From an uncultured Fibrobacteria bacterium (GTDB taxonomy: Bacteria; Fibrobacterota; Fibrobacteria; UBA11236): 64,000 nt of DNA. Positions within the stretch are counted from its first letter, which is position 1, and each line of letters starts with the position of its first letter. Location of the stretch: contig OY970309.1 of NCBI GenBank assembly GCA_963716395.1, positions 768,001 to 832,000 on the forward strand. Direction: 5' to 3'. Made by a program: the position numbers and the translations under genes. The notes under the pieces were generated by a model, which worked only from the letters and a program-made list of their open reading frames with translations, had not been told where the DNA came from and made no database searches. Below, piece by piece: positions 20,835-29,771 of the stretch.

Positions 20835-21643
20835 GGCCGCACCGCCGCGCTTGCGGGAACCTCAACCGGCATCGGCACCAATTGGGGAGACACCTTGTTT
20901 TCAGCCACCTGAATGGCGGTCTGAATCCCGGTCTTGTCGTCTTCATTCAAACTATGGTCGCGCCAGACATAACCCGAATCGGATTTGGCCAGATAGGCCA
21001 GCTCTTTGCCGTCGCTCGACGCAAAGGCCAGCAGTACCGCACCCAGGCGCACATAGGTGCCCTCCCAATGTCCGCCGTCGGTGGCGGTGTACACGCCCGG
21101 GTACACTTCGGTGTCCTGTCCGAAATCGAGCGAGGCCTGCACCAGCGAAAACAGCCGCGCCAGGGTTTCGTCGACGGGGAGCGACTCTTCCTGATTGGCC
21201 TTGGCCAACTCCTGCCAGTCGGAAAGCCGCTTTTCCTTTTGATAGGGAAAGTCGCGGTTCAGCCACACCATCATGGTGTCGATCTCTTGGCCGATGGCCG
21301 CCCGGAATTGCTTCTGCTTGGCCTGAAAAGAGGCGGCCTGGCTCTTGTATCCCGCCGCGCGCCGTCGCTGCACCGCGGCTTCGCGTTTCAAGCTGTCGAT
21401 GCTGGCATCGGTGAGCTGCATTTGCTGCTTGAGCGCATCCATCCTTTCGGTTTTCCGCTTCTGGAATTCTGCGGCGCGGGCCAATTCGTCTTTGTGCATC
21501 TGCTGTTCGCGCTGGGTTTCGCGTTCGACCCGATCCAAATCGCGCTGCAGCGAACTCAGGGTTTCCTGCGCCCACGTTGCGCCCGCCAACCCCAGCACCA
21601 GCCAAAACCGCGCTGCGCTGGGAAATAACCGAAACCTGCCCAT
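20831..21643 (-). CDS. DUF3450/TtpB-like periplasmic coiled-coil protein
   Basis: Signal peptide, coiled coil, DFPYQKEKRL, YVRLGAVLLAFASSDG; position directly before the TtpC-like gene. Confidence 0.75.
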   Translation of the reverse strand: MGRFRLFPSAARFWLVLGLAGATWAQETLSSLQRDLDRVERETQREQQMHKDELARAAEFQKRKTERMDALKQQMQLTDASIDSLKREAAVQRRRAAGYKSQAASFQAKQKQFRAAIGQEIDTMMVWLNRDFPYQKEKRLSDWQELAKANQEESLPVDETLARLFSLVQASLDFGQDTEVYPGVYTATDGGHWEGTYVRLGAVLLAFASSDGKELAYLAKSDSGYVWRDHSLNEDDKTGIQTAIQVAENKVSPQLVPMPVEVPASAAVRP

Positions 21644-21735
21644 CGTTCGGAAGCCCCTTTGAAAATGAAAACGAAAATTCTTCGGAACCAATAACTTACA
21701 AAGGGCGTGCGGACCGCCTGAACCCTGCTTAACCC

Positions 21736-22071
21736 TTAATCGACTTGAACTTTAAATAGGGTTTGGCCGATGGTAAAACTGTCGCCGGCATTCAGAATGG
21801 CACTGGGCACGCGCTGAGAATTGACCATAATGCCGTTGGTCGATCCCAAATCCATCAGGGTCATGGTGCCGTCGCTGACCAAATCCACCGAGGCATGCGT
21901 GCGCGATATATGCGGATCGCCGATAAAAACGTCGCACATGGGATCGCGCCCGATGAAATTGATGCCCGACTTCAGCGGAAAGCGCTGCCCGTTCGCCACC
22001 AGATAGGGCATGTGACTGGTAGCGCCGGCGGGGGGAGGCAACCGTTCGGAGATTTTCCCAGAAGTTTGCAT
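21736..22071 (-). CDS. Stand-alone FHA domain protein (start uncertain)
   Basis: IGRDP.CD....HISRTHA....DLGSTNG..VN FHA motifs. Confidence 0.88.
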   Translation of the reverse strand: MQTSGKISERLPPPAGATSHMPYLVANGQRFPLKSGINFIGRDPMCDVFIGDPHISRTHASVDLVSDGTMTLMDLGSTNGIMVNSQRVPSAILNAGDSFTIGQTLFKVQVD

Positions 22072-22167
22072 TGCGGGCCTTTTCCGCCTCGGACTCGACA
22101 TCCGACTGCGATAAAAATACAATAAGCCTTATAATACCCCCTGACCGCGTTTCTTGCGACTGCCTCC

Positions 22168-23358
22168 ATGGCCGAACCTGAAAAACCGACTTTGCTTCTG
22201 GTGGAAGATTCCCGCGCGCTTTCCGGAATCATCGAAAAAAAACTCCAATCTTCGTATCAGGTGCAATGCGCCTATAACGGCGAAGACGCCATTCGCCTGC
22301 TCAAAAGCGGCGTGAATTACACGGCGGCCGTAATCGATCTGGTTCTTCCCAAGGCCGACGGCTTCGAAGTGATGCGCGTGCTGCGCGGCCTGGGGCAAAA
22401 AATCCCCATGGTGGTCATCACGGCGCGTCCGCGCCACGCCGTGGAAAAAGACGCAATGGCTCTGGGCGCCCTGGAGTTGTTCATCAAACCGCTCGACCTC
22501 GCGGTTTTGGAAAAGGTGTTGAATGACGCGGTGGCACAGCAGCGGCGCCTCAACGCGGGCGACGCCATGATCAATCCGGCCACGGGCAAGAAACTCCCCT
22601 TTCGGGCCGCCACCAAATGCTGTTACATCTGCGGCTACGAAAAGGTGCATGTCTTCCTTCCCATCCGCGAAGGGTTTTCCGAGGATTGGAGCCATGGCGC
22701 TTATCCCGTATACAAAGCCAAAGGCGGATATGACGCTTGGGATTTTCTCAAGTCGCACGTGATGGTCTGCCCCTATTGTTTTTTCGCCTCCGGCGATCCC
22801 GAAGACTTTGCGCCGGCGCCCGACGCGCCTTACCCGTACTCCGAAGAATCCAAGAAAATCCTGGCGCGCTCCATCACGGTACGCAAACGCCTGGTGCCCG
22901 AAGCCAAAGACGTGGACATGCGCTTCGACTCGCCTTTTCGCAAAAAAGATCGGGTCATGCAATCGCTGCTCCTGGCTAACAAATGCTGCAACGGGCTGAT
23001 TCTGGCGGGCAAAAAGGGATCCTATGGACAAGCGGGCATCTACTGCGCCTTGCTGGGAACCTTGATGCACCCCGACGGCGAGAACTATTACCGCGAAGCC
23101 TTTACCAGCTTCGAAAACCAGCTCAAGATCAAAGACAATTCGCGCCTGATCCGCATCAAGAACTATTACTTCTGCGTGGTGCTCAACATGCTCCTTTCCC
23201 GCACCGCCCTAGGGCGTCCCATCATGCAGGAAGTGGAAAACATGTACCAGGACAAGCGCCTCGAAGACCTGCAAGAGGAAGAGCGCGAGTGGCTGATGCG
23301 CATCACCCATGCCTGGAAGAACGGCATCGACTACACCAATCCCCGCGACATCACCTGA
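22168..23358 (+). CDS. Response-regulator receiver fused to a Zn-ribbon/helical DUF2225-like domain
   Basis: REC motifs LLVED, AVIDLVLP..DG, VITA, FIKP; then CYICG...VMVCPYCFFAS and a helical C-terminus. Confidence 0.75.
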   Translation: MAEPEKPTLLLVEDSRALSGIIEKKLQSSYQVQCAYNGEDAIRLLKSGVNYTAAVIDLVLPKADGFEVMRVLRGLGQKIPMVVITARPRHAVEKDAMALGALELFIKPLDLAVLEKVLNDAVAQQRRLNAGDAMINPATGKKLPFRAATKCCYICGYEKVHVFLPIREGFSEDWSHGAYPVYKAKGGYDAWDFLKSHVMVCPYCFFASGDPEDFAPAPDAPYPYSEESKKILARSITVRKRLVPEAKDVDMRFDSPFRKKDRVMQSLLLANKCCNGLILAGKKGSYGQAGIYCALLGTLMHPDGENYYREAFTSFENQLKIKDNSRLIRIKNYYFCVVLNMLLSRTALGRPIMQEVENMYQDKRLEDLQEEEREWLMRITHAWKNGIDYTNPRDIT

Positions 23359-23380
23359 AGGCGCCGGCGCCCCGGTCTCC

Positions 23381-24406
23381 ATGACCCCGACGGCGTGTAT
23401 CGTGGTGGCAGCGGGCGCCGAACTGGGCGGGGCCGAACGCAGTTTGCTCGAACTTTTGCCCGCCGGTGCCGCCTTGTTCCTGGTGCCGCGGGCCGGCGGC
23501 TTGTCGGAAGCCGTCGCCGCGCGGGGGCAGGCCTGGGAACTGTTCCCGCAACCTTCCGCATTGCGGGGCTGGACGCAGCGCGGGGGAATGCGACGCCGCG
23601 GGCCGGCACTGGCGCTCTGGCTTCTCACTTGGCCCGGCGACTGCCGGCGTCTGTGGCGCAGGCTGCGCGGCGCTTCCGAAGTGATCAGCCTGGGCGTCAA
23701 AAGCCATGCACGCTGCTTGCCCTTGGCGCCGCTGCTGCGCCGGCGCCTTGTGTTCGACGTGCGCGATTTCATCCGGCCGCGCGTTCTGCGCCGCGCCATC
23801 GCCGGGGCGGCCCGGGTTTGCGGCTGCCGCGTGCGCGCCAACAGCCGCGCCGTGGCGCGCGACTATCCCGGCGCCGAAGTGGTGTATCCGCGGGTGCTTT
23901 TGCCGCGATCCGTGGTGCCGAACCGTCGCGCCGGGCCTCCCTGGATTGTGGCGCATGCGGCGTACTTCGCCCCCTACAAAGGGCAGGATGTGTTTCTCGA
24001 TCTGGCCGCCGCCTGGCTGGCGCGCGGCGTCGACGCCGAATTTCGCATCTACGGCGAGGTGATTTATCCGGCCCCGGAATACGCGCGTTACGCCGAAGCA
24101 TTGCGCGCCCGCGCGGCGCGCGCAGACTTGCGGGGGCGCGTAAGGTTTTTCGGCGCGTGGCCGGACCTGCAACCGGCGCTGGAAGCAGCGCATCTGCTCT
24201 TGCATTGCACGCGCGAACCCGAGCCCTTCGGCCGGGTCGTGGCCGAGGCCCTGCAATGCGGCTGCGAAGCGGTGTGCCGGCGCGGCAGCGGGGTGTGCGA
24301 AGTGCACGAGGTCACCCGCGTGTTTCCCGGATGGATGGCGCCGCTGGCCGCCCTTCTGCCGGAAGATTACGTGCGGGTTACGGCACGGTCCAATCTTCCA
24401 GCTTAA
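23381..24406 (+). CDS. Glycosyltransferase family 4 (GT-B fold)
   Basis: LGGAERSL, PYKGQDVF, EPFGRVVAEAL. Confidence 0.85.
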   Translation: MTPTACIVVAAGAELGGAERSLLELLPAGAALFLVPRAGGLSEAVAARGQAWELFPQPSALRGWTQRGGMRRRGPALALWLLTWPGDCRRLWRRLRGASEVISLGVKSHARCLPLAPLLRRRLVFDVRDFIRPRVLRRAIAGAARVCGCRVRANSRAVARDYPGAEVVYPRVLLPRSVVPNRRAGPPWIVAHAAYFAPYKGQDVFLDLAAAWLARGVDAEFRIYGEVIYPAPEYARYAEALRARAARADLRGRVRFFGAWPDLQPALEAAHLLLHCTREPEPFGRVVAEALQCGCEAVCRRGSGVCEVHEVTRVFPGWMAPLAALLPEDYVRVTARSNLPA

Positions 24407-24486
24407 GTCCGCGTACCCGCGAGAATTCCCGGCGGTTGTGGGTCACCAGCGGCACCGCAAGCGCCAGGGCATGGGCCGCGATCAAT
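24378..24486 (-). pseudogene. C-terminal remnant of a VapC/PIN toxin
   Basis: Minus strand reads LIAAHALALAVPLVTHNRREFSRVRGLKLEDWTVP*, the typical VapC C-terminus; an in-frame TGA lies just upstream. Confidence 0.8.
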
Positions 24487-24534
24487 CCAACTCACGGTGA
24501 GACCCTTTGAAAATTTGCGCCCCGGGTGAGTAGC

Positions 24535-24555
24535 GGCCTGAGCCTGTCGAAGGCC
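24535..24555. repeat. Small REP-like palindromic element
   Basis: GGCCT-GAGCCTGTCGA-AGGCC hairpin resembling CTGAGCCTGTCGAAG-type extragenic repeats; single copy in this window. Confidence 0.35.
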
Positions 24556-24564
24556 GAGTGTTGA

Positions 24565-25761
24565 TCAGGCGCGGAAAAACGCCTTCTTGGTCAGCTTGGG
24601 ATTGCGCGCCGCCAACAGGCCCAGTTGCGCGAACCCCAGGGCGCGGGCCGGCAGCGTAAAGCCCCGGTTCACCATGCCGCGGAAAATGCCGTAGAACGCG
24701 GTCTGATGCGCGGGCGGCAGGCCCAGCACGAAATCGCGTATGCGCGCTTCTTTGCGGTGATTGCGCCCGAAACGATCCCAGCATTCCTGTTGGTATTGCC
24801 GCAAAAACGCCGGGGAAAGATCGCCCGCTTTGAAACCGGCGTCGATCCAACGCGCGGCGGTGTCGGCGGCCACGATCGAAGCCATGATGCCGCCGCCCGT
24901 CAGCGGATTGGTGTGATGCGCCGCGTCGCCCGACAGCAGAAAGCGATCGGCCACATAGTCTGTTAGGTTGCCGCTTACGGGCACGCAGCCGCCGTGCACT
25001 TCTTCCACCACCGCGTCGGGGAACAATTTGTTTTTGTACTCCAGGGAAAGGTCGTACATGTTTTTCGCCCCCAGCTTGGGCATGAGCTCGCCCGAGCCCA
25101 GATTCACGACCTTGGATTTGACCTTGGGAAACACCCAGATATAGCCCCGGTTGATGCTGTCGTAGCCCTGCCAAAAGGTGAGGTGGTGGGGATTCGCGTC
25201 TTCGGCTTTGATCCGCAACTCGATGGCCGTGCAGGTGTATGGCGGAAGTTGCCGGGTTTTCAGCCCGACCCAGCGGCCGCTCAGGGCTTCGGCGCCGTCG
25301 GCGCCCACCACCATGGCCGCCTCGACGGCATGGGATTGGCCGCCATATTCGATGGTGACACTGCGCGCGCCGTTCTGCGCCGGCCCGACGGCGCTGATGC
25401 GCGCGTCGACGCACAGTTCGGCGCCTTCGCGTTCGGCCTGATGCGCCAAATCCTGATCGAAGAGTTTGCGATCGAGCATCACACCGAGTTCTTTGTTCGC
25501 GTCATAGCGAATGTCGATGCCGCCCGGGCCGTGCAGAATGACGCCCGTGATACTGGTCTCCAGATAATCCGGATTCACCGGCATGAAATCGGCCAGCCGC
25601 TTTTGCGGGCCGGTGGCTTCGCCGCAGCGCACGGGCACGCCCACCACCGGCCGCTTTTCGCACAACAGCACGTGGTAGCCGCGCCGCGCCAGGTTGCGGG
25701 CGCAAATGCTGCCCGACGGACCGGCACCGATTACAACGACGTCATAGCGGGAGTTTTTCAA
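24565..25761 (-). CDS. Geranylgeranyl reductase family flavoprotein (DGGGPL reductase/MenJ-like)
   Basis: YDVVVIGAGPSG, EKRPVVGVPVRCGEA, GYIWVFPK, GDAAHHTNPLTGGGI; TTG start overlaps the ferredoxin stop region. Confidence 0.9.
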   Translation of the reverse strand: MKNSRYDVVVIGAGPSGSICARNLARRGYHVLLCEKRPVVGVPVRCGEATGPQKRLADFMPVNPDYLETSITGVILHGPGGIDIRYDANKELGVMLDRKLFDQDLAHQAEREGAELCVDARISAVGPAQNGARSVTIEYGGQSHAVEAAMVVGADGAEALSGRWVGLKTRQLPPYTCTAIELRIKAEDANPHHLTFWQGYDSINRGYIWVFPKVKSKVVNLGSGELMPKLGAKNMYDLSLEYKNKLFPDAVVEEVHGGCVPVSGNLTDYVADRFLLSGDAAHHTNPLTGGGIMASIVAADTAARWIDAGFKAGDLSPAFLRQYQQECWDRFGRNHRKEARIRDFVLGLPPAHQTAFYGIFRGMVNRGFTLPARALGFAQLGLLAARNPKLTKKAFFRA

Positions 25762-25975
25762 TGGCCAGGGCTCCCACCGGGCAGAAACGCACGCACAGCG
25801 TGCAATAGGTGCAATGTTCCTGGAACACCTGCAAATCCACCCCGTACATGTCCAGGGCCAAATCCGGGCAGGTGCCCACGCAGCCCGCGCAGGCAATGCA
25901 TTTCTGCCGATCGAGCAGCAGCACCTTGTTCGGTTTTTTGCGGGGGCGGGCCACCGGATGCGCGGGCGAAGTCAT
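25742..25975 (-). CDS. 2x[4Fe-4S] ferredoxin
   Basis: CIACAGCVGTCP and CTYCTLCVRFCPVGAL. Confidence 0.93.
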   Translation of the reverse strand: MTSPAHPVARPRKKPNKVLLLDRQKCIACAGCVGTCPDLALDMYGVDLQVFQEHCTYCTLCVRFCPVGALAIEKLPL

Positions 25976-26103
25976 GCGTCCAGCGCCCGGCGCACATTCG
26001 CGGGCAAGGCTCCATCCAACTCGGGATGGGTTTCCACCAGCCGCGAAATATCCATGTCCGCCTTGCCCTTGGCGACCGCTTGGAGAAAGGATTTTTCCGC
26101 CAT
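25972..26103 (-). CDS. Hypothetical 43-aa small protein (not in the ORF track)
   Basis: MAEKSFLQAVAKGKADMDISRLVETHPELDGALPANVRRALDA*; its TGA overlaps the ferredoxin ATG (ATGA). Confidence 0.5.
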   Translation of the reverse strand: MAEKSFLQAVAKGKADMDISRLVETHPELDGALPANVRRALDA

Positions 26104-26260
26104 CGTATGAGTTTCCAGATCTGTTGACCGTGGGCGCAAAGTTATAAATTCACCTCCCCGGGTTTGCGCCCCACAATGCGATACTTCAGCGGCTGTTCAG
26201 CGGGCGCTCCCTGTGACCCGCAGCACATAAACCTTCGTTTCGAGGGGCCATGTTTTTCCC

Positions 26261-26521
26261 ATGACCGCGAAACCTATTCGGTTTTCCAAACACGCCCTGG
26301 GTTATAAGGTTCGCCGAGGCTTCACCGTGGCCGAGGTCGAAGAAGCTATCCGCACTTGTCCGTGGGGCCATGCGGAACTTGGGCGCCTGGATTGCCGAAA
26401 GAATTTTCCCTACAAATCAAACTGGAATGACAGACTCTATGCCACCAAACAGGTGCGCCCCGTATTCGTCGAAGAGGCCGGGGAGATCGTGGTGGTCACC
26501 GTTTATACCTACTACTTTTGA
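26261..26521 (+). CDS. DUF4258-like putative toxin
   Basis: IRFSKHA..RRG..EVEEAI...IVVVTVYTYY pattern; directly upstream of a DUF2283-like gene. Confidence 0.7.
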   Translation: MTAKPIRFSKHALGYKVRRGFTVAEVEEAIRTCPWGHAELGRLDCRKNFPYKSNWNDRLYATKQVRPVFVEEAGEIVVVTVYTYYF

Positions 26522-26527
26522 GGTGGC

Positions 26528-26785
26528 ATGAAAATCAGCTATGACGCCGAAGCGGATGCATTAAGCATCATATTCAGCGAAACCACGGTTACCACCAAAC
26601 ATCTGGCCGATGGCATCGCAGCGGATTACGACGGCGCGGGTCGATTGGCCGGATTGGAAATCTTGGACGCGCAAAAACGATTCGGCGGGCGGGAAACCAT
26701 GCAGCAAGTGGTGCTGGAAGGTTTTGCTTCCGTGGGATTGCCGCTGACCGTCAGGGAAAATCCCCCGGAAAAGTACGGGGCGTAG
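26528..26785 (+). CDS. DUF2283-like putative antitoxin
   Basis: MKISYDAEADALSI...DYD..GRLAGLEILDA. Confidence 0.85.
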   Translation: MKISYDAEADALSIIFSETTVTTKHLADGIAADYDGAGRLAGLEILDAQKRFGGRETMQQVVLEGFASVGLPLTVRENPPEKYGA

Positions 26786-26838
26786 CGCTCCGGCCTCAAT
26801 CCACCATACCTGGGGCGAAGTAGATTTACTCCCCGCCC

Positions 26839-29460
26839 ATGACCGCGACATCCACAACCATCGCCTCCGCACTGCCCCGCATTCTGCCGTGCGTGAAAAA
26901 TCCCGGCCGCTACATCGGCGGCGAAGCCAATCAAATCGTGAAAGACCCGGCTGCGGTGCTGGCCTCCATCGCCTTGGTTTTTCCCGACGCCTATGAGCTC
27001 GGCATGTCGCATAACGGCACCAAGATCCTGTACCACCTGTTCAACCGTGAAGCCGACCTGGCGGCCGAACGCGCTTTCGCGCCCATGCCCGATATGGCCG
27101 AAGCCTTGCGGCAGGCGGGTTTGCCGCTGTACACCCTGGAATCGTACCGCTCCATCGCGGCCTTCACGGCCGTGGGTATCTCGCTGCAAACCGAACTCAA
27201 TTACACCAATGTCCCCTATGTCCTGGAACTGGGCGGACTCAAAACTTTTGCGCGCGACCGCGGAGAAGCCGACGCCTTTATCATCGGCGGCGGGCCGTGC
27301 ATGGCCAACCCCGAACCCGTGGCCGACTTCTTCGACCTCTTTGTCATCGGCGACGGCGAAGGGTTGGCGCCGCGCCTGCTGCGCCTTCTGGGACAAGGTC
27401 GCCGCGAAGGCAAAGCGAAAGAATCCATCCTGCGCGAGGCGGCGGCTTTGACCGGCGTGTACGTGCCGCGGTTTTTGGCCACCACGCGCAACGCCCGCGG
27501 CGAAATCGTGCCGGTGATCGAAGGCTCGCAGGGCCCATATCTCCGGGCCAAAAGCATTAAGCGGCATTGGGTCGAAAAGCTCGATCCCGCCGACACGCCG
27601 GTGCGCAACCTGGTGCCGCATACCCAGCTCGTGCATGATCGCTTTTCCGTGGAAGTGATGCGCGGCTGCACCCAGGGTTGCCGTTTTTGCCAGGCCGGTT
27701 ATTGGTATCGCCCCAACCGCGAACTGCCGGCCGACGACGTCATCGACCTGGCGCGGCAAGGCATGGCGGCCACGGGCGAACGCGAGCTCGGGTTGTTGTC
27801 GCTGTCGACGGCCGACTACCAACCCATCGAGCAGGTGCTCGACGCGCTCGTCGACCGCGAAGAATTCGACGGCGTGGATTTGTCGCTCCCGTCGCTGCGC
27901 GCCAACAGCTTCGGCCAGGGGCTGGCGCGCAAAGCCGCGGCCTTGACCGGCGGCAAAAGCAGCACCTTCGCGCCCGAGACCGGCTCGGAGCGCATCCGCC
28001 GCATGATCAACAAAACCATCAGCGACGACGACATGCGCGCCGCCGCTGAAGCCGTATTCCAAAGCGGTTTCCGCAACATCAAACTCTACACCATGATCGG
28101 CTTCCCCACCGAAACCCTGGAAGACATGGAAGCCTTCTGCGGGCTGATCCGCGACCTGTATGCCATCGCCCGCAAATACGGACCCCGCAACACCGTGCAC
28201 GCCAACATCGGCATTCTGGTGCCCAAACCGGTGACGCCCATGCAATGGGTCGCGTTCGTCGACTCCGCCACGGCCGAGAAACATATCCGTTACGTGCGCG
28301 AAGCCTTTCGCAAAACCCCGGGCGTGCGCATCACCTGGGCCGATTACGGCCTGGCCCGGGTCGAAAGCTTTTACTCGCGCGGCGACCGCAGCCTGTCGGC
28401 CCTCATCGACGCCGCCTACCGCCGCGGCCAGGTATTCGAGTCGTTCTCCGAGCATTTCGATTTCGCGGGCTGGGAAAAAATCTGGGAAGAGCACGGCTAT
28501 GATGCGGCCCGGTTCGAAGCCGCGCGCGCGCTGGACGAAGTGTTTCCCTGGGATTTCATCCATGCCGGCGCCAACAAAGGCTTTCTCAAAAACGAGTACA
28601 AGAAAATGTTCCAGGCCGACGCCGCGCCCGTACCCGACTGCAAATGGGGCGCGTGCCAGAAATGCGGCATTCCCGGCAACGGCCTCGACACGCAACTGTC
28701 GCCGAAACCGCAGCGTTACCCGGCCCCGAACCGGGATCCCGCCGCCATCGCGGCCTTGGCGGCCGAACGCCAGGCGCGCCGCGGAACTTCGTCTGCGTAT
28801 TTGCTTCTGTATGCGAAGACCGGGTTGGCGCGTTTCCTCGCGCATCAGAACACCTTGGATTTGTTCGTCAAAGCCTTTCGACGCCTGGGCGCGCCCCTGC
28901 GCTTGTCCTCAGGCTTCAACCCGCGCCCCTTGATCAAGAATACCGGCGCCTTGCCTCTGGGCTTGGCCGCGCGCAAAGAGCCGCTGGTGATCGAACTCGA
29001 CCGGGCCTTGCCCGGCGATCCCGAATCCTGGTGCGAACGGCTCACGGCCTGTATGCCGCAAGGCCTGGAAGTGACGGGGCTCGAAGCCTTGCCGGCGCCG
29101 CGCGTGCCCGTGGTTGAAAGCGTGCTCTACCGCCTGTCGCGCGCCTGGAGCGGCGGCGCGCCCGCTTTGGAAGCGGCCTGGGAGCGGTATCAGGCGGGCG
29201 AAGTGGCGGCGGGTTCGCATCGCGAAAAAATTCTCGACCTTTACGCCGAAGCCTTGGAGGTGTATTTGCAAGACGGCGATTTGTGCCTGCGCCTCAAAAC
29301 TCAGCCCAGCGGCTCCACCGTGAGCCCATTCGCCGCCTTCGGCCTTTTGCTCGACGTCGATGCCGAGGCGTTGCGTGGCGAACCGGTGGCGAAAGAAGAT
29401 TTCGCCGTGCGCGTAGGTTCGCATCGGTTAAGCGCCGTTCCGATGGCGGCGTCGCGGTGA
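26839..29460 (+). CDS. TIGR03960-type B12-binding radical SAM protein fused to a TIGR03936-type domain
   Basis: PGRYIGGE, FPDAYELGMS, EVMRGCTQGCRFC, TFAPETGSERIR, FPWD; C-terminal YAKTG.ARFLAH..FRR..GFNPRP. Confidence 0.9.
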   Translation: MTATSTTIASALPRILPCVKNPGRYIGGEANQIVKDPAAVLASIALVFPDAYELGMSHNGTKILYHLFNREADLAAERAFAPMPDMAEALRQAGLPLYTLESYRSIAAFTAVGISLQTELNYTNVPYVLELGGLKTFARDRGEADAFIIGGGPCMANPEPVADFFDLFVIGDGEGLAPRLLRLLGQGRREGKAKESILREAAALTGVYVPRFLATTRNARGEIVPVIEGSQGPYLRAKSIKRHWVEKLDPADTPVRNLVPHTQLVHDRFSVEVMRGCTQGCRFCQAGYWYRPNRELPADDVIDLARQGMAATGERELGLLSLSTADYQPIEQVLDALVDREEFDGVDLSLPSLRANSFGQGLARKAAALTGGKSSTFAPETGSERIRRMINKTISDDDMRAAAEAVFQSGFRNIKLYTMIGFPTETLEDMEAFCGLIRDLYAIARKYGPRNTVHANIGILVPKPVTPMQWVAFVDSATAEKHIRYVREAFRKTPGVRITWADYGLARVESFYSRGDRSLSALIDAAYRRGQVFESFSEHFDFAGWEKIWEEHGYDAARFEAARALDEVFPWDFIHAGANKGFLKNEYKKMFQADAAPVPDCKWGACQKCGIPGNGLDTQLSPKPQRYPAPNRDPAAIAALAAERQARRGTSSAYLLLYAKTGLARFLAHQNTLDLFVKAFRRLGAPLRLSSGFNPRPLIKNTGALPLGLAARKEPLVIELDRALPGDPESWCERLTACMPQGLEVTGLEALPAPRVPVVESVLYRLSRAWSGGAPALEAAWERYQAGEVAAGSHREKILDLYAEALEVYLQDGDLCLRLKTQPSGSTVSPFAAFGLLLDVDAEALRGEPVAKEDFAVRVGSHRLSAVPMAASR

Positions 29461-29771
29461 ATTTTCCGACCGATGGCGCAGGTGTGGACGCCGCCCTGGC
29501 GCGCCTGGATTCCCTGATCGACCAGACCGCGGATGCGGAAAAGCTGCGCGCGGGCCTGGGCATGCGCTTGGCGCTATCGATGGCGCGGGAAATGCGCGCC
29601 GGCAAACCCCTCGGCAGCGGCACGGCGGACCTGGTTGCGGAATGGGCCGAGCGTTTCGGCAGCGAAACCGTGGATGCGGCCGTGGCCATTGCGCGCGCGT
29701 TTCTGACCCAGCCGAGCGAATTAGCCAAGGAATTCGCCGCGCGCTTGGGGATGGAGCCTCCGCCCGCGTGA
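29457..29771 (+). CDS. Hypothetical helical protein
   Basis: GTG start overlaps the radical SAM stop and its own stop overlaps the ppx start; fills the operon gap exactly. Confidence 0.6.
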   Translation: MNFPTDGAGVDAALARLDSLIDQTADAEKLRAGLGMRLALSMAREMRAGKPLGSGTADLVAEWAERFGSETVDAAVAIARAFLTQPSELAKEFAARLGMEPPPA

